41,967 nucleotides of DNA from Myxococcota bacterium (GTDB lineage Bacteria; Myxococcota_C; UBA6777). Location: the NCBI GenBank assembly GCA_023150835.1, contig JAKLKB010000052.1, positions 1-41,967 on the forward strand. The letters run 5' to 3'. Below, in pieces: positions 37,247-41,967 of this stretch. The notes under the pieces were generated by a model. It had not been told where the DNA came from, ran no database searches, and saw nothing but the letters and a program-made list of their open reading frames with translations. Every line of letters starts with the position of its first letter. The stretch's first letter is position 1. The position numbers and the translations under genes were made by a program.

Positions 37247-40200
37247 ATGAACGCTGCCACCCAACGATTAGAACGCGCCCTCCGCTCCGAAGAATCGCTG
37301 CTCGCTTGGTTTGAAGAGCGCGGGTATGTCTTGCGAACAGACATCGCGCTGCCTCTCCCCAAAAAGCCGACCTTGCCTTTGCAAACGCTGTATTCGCCGA
37401 ACTTTCCAAAGGCTCCGCGCATCGGCTTTTCGTGGTATCCCAACTTTAGCGACCGTTCGGTCAAGGGCCAACGATTGCGGCTCTTGCAAAAGAGCGTGTT
37501 GGAGTATTGTACGGGTTTGCGACAAGATGATGCTTTTGCGAACGATGCCCCTGATCTGTTTGCGTTGGGGTGTCCTGACTTTGTGTTGTTCTTTCCACTC
37601 GAAGGGGACGAGTATGCGCGGCGTTTGCGCTTTTCTCCCAACTTGCTGCTGCGTGAAGGGACGGCGCTGCACAAACATTACAGCAGCTTTTACGCCGAAC
37701 AGATGGCGTCTTGGGCGCAAGACGACACGCCCAACGAAGAAGCGGATCTCCTCGACGAATTGGTCGGCATCGGGAAAGAAGGGCGGCTTGCGTATGATTT
37801 TCAACGGTTGTTTGTGGGCGAACAGCTAGACGAAGACTTTGTTTCGTTGATGGCGATGGAGCGCCGCGAACTGCTTTCGATCTTGTTGCGCCCCGACTTG
37901 CGGGCTGATCTCTTGATCCCGATGTTGAAGCAACTGCGCGTGGACAAAGAGGACTGGAGCAGCGTAGCACTGGCCTCCGATGGGTTTGCGCCGTTGGAAC
38001 AGCTTATCCAACGGGCCGATATCCGCCATCGCTTGATCGCTTCGGTGGATACGGTGTTGTTGCGTGTGGTCTTGTATCGTTATCTGGAAGCGCAGTTTGG
38101 CTACCAAGCGGGGGACAAAGAGAGAGAGGATTTTGCGTTCGGAGCGACCTTTGATGAGATCTTGGAGAAGACGACGGAAACAGAGGTCGAACAGATCGCG
38201 GAGATCCGTGAAAGAGCGGCGTCTTATCAAGCCGCAACGAGTGGCCCACAACCCGACACCGAAGCCACAAAGCCCCCAACCAAGGGAAAGAAAAAGAAAG
38301 GCGAGGTCGCGTCTAGCCAGCTTTCCTTGTTTGGGGATGCCGCGCCCGTCACGGTGAATCAACCCGAAGTCTTCGTCAAAGAAGTGCGCGAGCGCAACGA
38401 TTATTACCAGCGGCAGGCAGGGGGCGATCTGCATCACGGGAGTATCGCGGAGGCGGCGACGTTTCTTCAAGAATACTTGTTGACGCACCATCCCCACGGA
38501 TTCGCGGGATTGTTGGTGGTGACGCGCAGCGATCTGTATTCCTTCGCTTACGCCGACCTTGATCCTCGCGCCTTTCAACGCTTTTACGAAAACACCATCG
38601 GGACGGATATCCGCATCCGTTATCAGCCTGACGCTCAAGTCGCCCAGATCGATGTGGTGCATTGGCACCAAAACCGCAAAGAACAAGGCGCGTACTTCAC
38701 CAACGAGATCATCTGCAATTGGTTGGTGGAGCGCAGCCTTGGGGTCTTGTATGAGGCTTGGTTTCGGTCGTTTAGCGACTTTTTGTTGGGCTTTCGCAAG
38801 ATCCAACGCGGACGCATGGCGGCTTTGCGCGTACATCTGGATCGCTTGTTGGCGTGGAAGATCATGGATCCGACGATGGGGGGTGGGATCTTTTTGCGTG
38901 CAGCCTTCGAGTTCCTTTCATCCCGTCATTCCGCCATCTCCGAGATGTTGCGTGTCCACCTCCCCGAAGAAGTCCGCAAAGAGCTTTTCAAAGAATCCCC
39001 CGACCATGAATTCCCCTACCATGTCTTTCAACACGACCTCGAACAGCAAGGCGAGTGGCAGTGGTATATCTTGCTGCACATGCTCTACGGCGTCGATATC
39101 GACATCAAAGCCGTCAACATCGCCTCCAACCTCCTCACGCTCAGCGCACTGATCTACAAACCACACGGCGTTTGCTTCCCTTCCTTCATCAACACCAGCC
39201 TCAAACACGGCAACGCCTTTGTCATCCCCATCGAACCCCAACACCGTCAAACCTTCGCGACCCAATACAAACAAGAGATCCTTGACTTGCTCGCACTTCG
39301 CAAAAAACTCCGTGACCCCTTGCTCTCCCGCGAGGCGTGGCGCACTTGTCACCAACAAGCACATGCCATCACCGACCGCGTTACAAACGCCCAGATCCTC
39401 GCTTGCTACAAACACCTCTTCCCCTCCCTCTCCGACAAAGACATCCTCCAACGTGTCCGTCAAACCAGCGTCTTTCTCTACGAGATCGAATTCCCCGAAG
39501 TCTTCTTCGCGCCCGATGCCCAATGGCTTCCCTCCCCCGGCTTTGATGTCATCCTCGGAAATCCTCCGTGGGAAGAACCTGCTGCCGAGTTCAAGCACTT
39601 CCTCCCTGAGTTTGATCCTGAATATCGAGACCTCTCTCAAGCTGCCTCCAAAGTACGCGAAAGAGAATTGCTTGCCGAGCCTGTAATCGCCAAGCGTTGG
39701 GATACCTTTGTTCGATCTATCGAAGACTATAAGTTGTTATTGACTGCGGCTTGGTATCAATATCAACGTGCGGTCGTCGATGGCCGTCTGACGGGGGGAC
39801 ATTCTAACCTCTACAAATACGCCACCGAATTGACCTTCCGCTTGCTGCGTGACGGCGGTTTCGGCGCGTTGTTGCTCGATGGCGGCTTGTGGAATGATCT
39901 CTCCGCAACAGGTTTGCGAAGGATGCTTCTGGATTCGGGACGCGTAACGATTATCGCGGGATTTGTGAATCATCAGGGTATCTTCCCAGATGTCCACCGC
40001 AGTTATAAATTTGCTTGCAATGTGTTTCAAAAGGGCGGAAATACCGAGACGATCCGTGTGGTGTTTATGCGGGAGACGTTGGAGGATCTGGCGTCCTTTG
40101 ATGCGCTGGCCTTTGGTGTGGATGCTCAAGCAATCCGAAACGATCCAAGCGAAACGTACCGTATTCCTGAGATTGCGAACAAAGAACAGTGGACGTTATC

Positions 40201-41182
40201 GTTGTCTCTTTCAAAGCATGCCCGCCTTGCGGATGAGCCTTGGAATCTGGATACTCTTTCGGGTGATTTTAATGCTGGAAATCAAAGGGAGTATTTCGTT
40301 CCGAAAAAAAAGGGGTATTACCCGCTGATCCAAGGGACGCAGTTTAACTTGTTTGGTGTGCATCAAGGCTCTTTGCCGGATGCTTGGTTGGATCCGTCGA
40401 TGCAAGGAATGGGCGGATTTTTGTATGAAAAGCAAGCGGGGCGGGTGTTGAAGGCGATTGCGGATTGGTTGGATGGGCAAGGAAAGCTGAAGGGAGGCAA
40501 AGCGGAGGCGGCGTTGGATTGGGTGGCCGCACAAACGGGACGGCGCGAACTCCCCGCTGCATGGGTGCGGCTGGATTGGGAAGGCTATCGCATCGCATGG
40601 CGGAATATCACCAACCGTACGAACAAGCGCACGTTGATCGCGGCGATCCTTCCTCCACGCATCGGAGTAAGCCATGCTGCCCCAACGATCCGACCGTTCC
40701 GTTTATTCGTTCATGGAAACGAAGTTGTGTATCGGCTGCAATACCCGCTCGAACAGTTGTTGTACTTGGCGGGGGTGCTGTCGTCGTTTGCATGCGATAG
40801 TTTAGCGCGCTTGCGTATGTCAAAAACGAATATGGTTGCCAGCACGTTCACAGGATTTCATGTGCCTGTGTGGAGGGAGGGAGGCGTGCAACGTCGTGTG
40901 GCGGAGTTGACGTGCAGGCTGACGTGTTTGGGAGCGACGGAGGAGCGTCCTTGGGCGGATTATGTGGAGTTGGCGTCGGTGGTGGGGATGGATGTGGAGA
41001 GGGATGGATTGTGGGGAAAGGAAGAGCGGCGTGAAGCGGAAGCGGAGTTGAACGCATTGGTGGCGGGGTTGTATGGATTGGGTCGTGAAGAGGTGCGTTT
41101 TTTGATGAATGAGTTGTTTATGACGAAGCAACATCGGGAGGAACATGGATTGATGCGGGATGCGATCGTGGGTTGGATGTAA
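37247..41182 (+). CDS. Large Eco57I/Type IIG-like N6-adenine DNA methyltransferase with C-terminal target-recognition region
   Basis: GAYFT, IMDPTMGGGIFL (motif I), LYGVDID, GFDVILGNPPW (motif IV), WRNITNRTNKRT; AAGGAG before ATG 37247. Confidence 0.88.
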   Translation: MNAATQRLERALRSEESLLAWFEERGYVLRTDIALPLPKKPTLPLQTLYSPNFPKAPRIGFSWYPNFSDRSVKGQRLRLLQKSVLEYCTGLRQDDAFANDAPDLFALGCPDFVLFFPLEGDEYARRLRFSPNLLLREGTALHKHYSSFYAEQMASWAQDDTPNEEADLLDELVGIGKEGRLAYDFQRLFVGEQLDEDFVSLMAMERRELLSILLRPDLRADLLIPMLKQLRVDKEDWSSVALASDGFAPLEQLIQRADIRHRLIASVDTVLLRVVLYRYLEAQFGYQAGDKEREDFAFGATFDEILEKTTETEVEQIAEIRERAASYQAATSGPQPDTEATKPPTKGKKKKGEVASSQLSLFGDAAPVTVNQPEVFVKEVRERNDYYQRQAGGDLHHGSIAEAATFLQEYLLTHHPHGFAGLLVVTRSDLYSFAYADLDPRAFQRFYENTIGTDIRIRYQPDAQVAQIDVVHWHQNRKEQGAYFTNEIICNWLVERSLGVLYEAWFRSFSDFLLGFRKIQRGRMAALRVHLDRLLAWKIMDPTMGGGIFLRAAFEFLSSRHSAISEMLRVHLPEEVRKELFKESPDHEFPYHVFQHDLEQQGEWQWYILLHMLYGVDIDIKAVNIASNLLTLSALIYKPHGVCFPSFINTSLKHGNAFVIPIEPQHRQTFATQYKQEILDLLALRKKLRDPLLSREAWRTCHQQAHAITDRVTNAQILACYKHLFPSLSDKDILQRVRQTSVFLYEIEFPEVFFAPDAQWLPSPGFDVILGNPPWEEPAAEFKHFLPEFDPEYRDLSQAASKVRERELLAEPVIAKRWDTFVRSIEDYKLLLTAAWYQYQRAVVDGRLTGGHSNLYKYATELTFRLLRDGGFGALLLDGGLWNDLSATGLRRMLLDSGRVTIIAGFVNHQGIFPDVHRSYKFACNVFQKGGNTETIRVVFMRETLEDLASFDALAFGVDAQAIRNDPSETYRIPEIANKEQWTLSLSLSKHARLADEPWNLDTLSGDFNAGNQREYFVPKKKGYYPLIQGTQFNLFGVHQGSLPDAWLDPSMQGMGGFLYEKQAGRVLKAIADWLDGQGKLKGGKAEAALDWVAAQTGRRELPAAWVRLDWEGYRIAWRNITNRTNKRTLIAAILPPRIGVSHAAPTIRPFRLFVHGNEVVYRLQYPLEQLLYLAGVLSSFACDSLARLRMSKTNMVASTFTGFHVPVWREGGVQRRVAELTCRLTCLGATEERPWADYVELASVVGMDVERDGLWGKEERREAEAELNALVAGLYGLGREEVRFLMNELFMTKQHREEHGLMRDAIVGWM

Positions 41183-41269
41183 GAGTGCGAGAGCCTTGAC
41201 CTTGTTGGGGGTGGGGCTTTAGTTTTGGAAAGCCTTTGGCGAAGGCGAATAGAGGCGAAGGAGGCAAGG

Positions 41270-41728
41270 ATGTTGGTCGAAGTTTCTTTGCAATCGGCGA
41301 GTGCAACGAGAGGTGTTTTTCATCCGCTCAAGACGGTGGAATCGCTGGCAAGGAAAGCGGAGTTGGCGAAAGCACACAAAAGCGAGAAGCGCAGCCTCCA
41401 ACGGATGGCGGAAAGAATAGAAACCTTGTGGTCTTTTTTGCAAGAGTCAGGGGTGAGACCACTTTGTTTTGCCGAAAGCGAGGAAGAATTCAGAGAACGA
41501 TTGTTGTTGTTGTACAAGGTGGTTGGCAGCGTGCTGCTCGATCTGCAAGAGGTGCTGGGCGAGGCGCAAGAGATATTTGCGAGGATCATGGAAGAGGGAG
41601 AGAGTGGGGAGTTGTGGCCAAGCGCAGAAGAATGGGCCGTAAAAGAAGGTGGCTCATGTTGTGTTTTGAGGTCTTTTTCGAAAAACGTGGTATCCTCGGG
41701 CTTCATGGCTTGTTTGCCCTTGACATGA
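41270..41728 (+). CDS. Hypothetical helical protein
   Basis: AAGGAGG before ATG 41270; no recognisable motif. Confidence 0.4.
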   Translation: MLVEVSLQSASATRGVFHPLKTVESLARKAELAKAHKSEKRSLQRMAERIETLWSFLQESGVRPLCFAESEEEFRERLLLLYKVVGSVLLDLQEVLGEAQEIFARIMEEGESGELWPSAEEWAVKEGGSCCVLRSFSKNVVSSGFMACLPLT

Positions 41729-41839
41729 GAGGTCTCAGAGGAACGTCTCGCGACATGACAGTTGAAGAAAACAACGAAAACTCTCGGGGGTTCGTTTAAA
41801 ACAGATAGCGATGAAGAGGTCACCGACGCAACAGAGATC

Positions 41840-41916
41840 GGGCAGGCACACCTGTCTGCCCCTACAAAACACCGTGTGATTTCCAACATGTAGGGGCAAC
41901 CCCCTGTGGTTGCCCT
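41840..41916. repeat. Divergent pair of GTAG REP hairpins
   Basis: GGGCAGGCACACCTGTCTGCCCCTAC ... GTAGGGGCAACCCCCTGTGGTTGCCC. Confidence 0.8.
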
Positions 41917-41967
41917 CGCTGAGAAGTGTTGCCTCTGGATACCTCTCTCATGGCGTTGGTTTGAACG

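Noticed and set aside
28851-41182. Calling the island DISARM, BREX or a partition locus
   Set aside because: No drmA/drmB, pglZ/brxC or parB recognised in the window; genes beyond the right edge cannot be excluded.
41320-41889. 189-aa minus-strand ORF
   Set aside because: Ser-rich antisense reading that begins inside a REP pair.

Overview
Gene-dense bacterial window; the lipoprotein style, the Met-zincins and an animal-type ferrochelatase suggest a Myxococcota-like organism (inference). Left to right: a di-heme cytochrome c, two membrane proteins and glutaredoxin; a repeat-rich spacer and a lipoprotein collagen/beta-roll fibre; a minus-strand cluster (outer-membrane protein, two paralogous ~1200-aa Zn-metalloprotease lipoproteins, Cys-rich lipoprotein) behind a perfect Fur/Zur-like palindrome; a minus-strand YceI / His-rich membrane protein / two CX4CH cytochrome operon divergent from a heme operon (hemA-hemC-HK-RR-hemE-DUF2141-hemH) with an FNR-like box. 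Directly after hemH is a probable defence island: Schlafen(AlbA_2)-HATPase coupled to a ParA-like ATPase, a DUF6261-like gene preceded by a self-complementary 41-bp array, and a PLD-nuclease/SNF2-helicase gene followed by an Eco57I-like N6-methyltransferase. Intergenic DNA carries two dispersed structured elements: a ~115-bp TIR-bounded element containing a GTAG REP hairpin, and a ~128-bp double-hairpin element. There are also several tandem arrays. No rRNA, tRNA, CRISPR array or transposase was recognised. Family assignments come from motif recognition by eye, not database searches.
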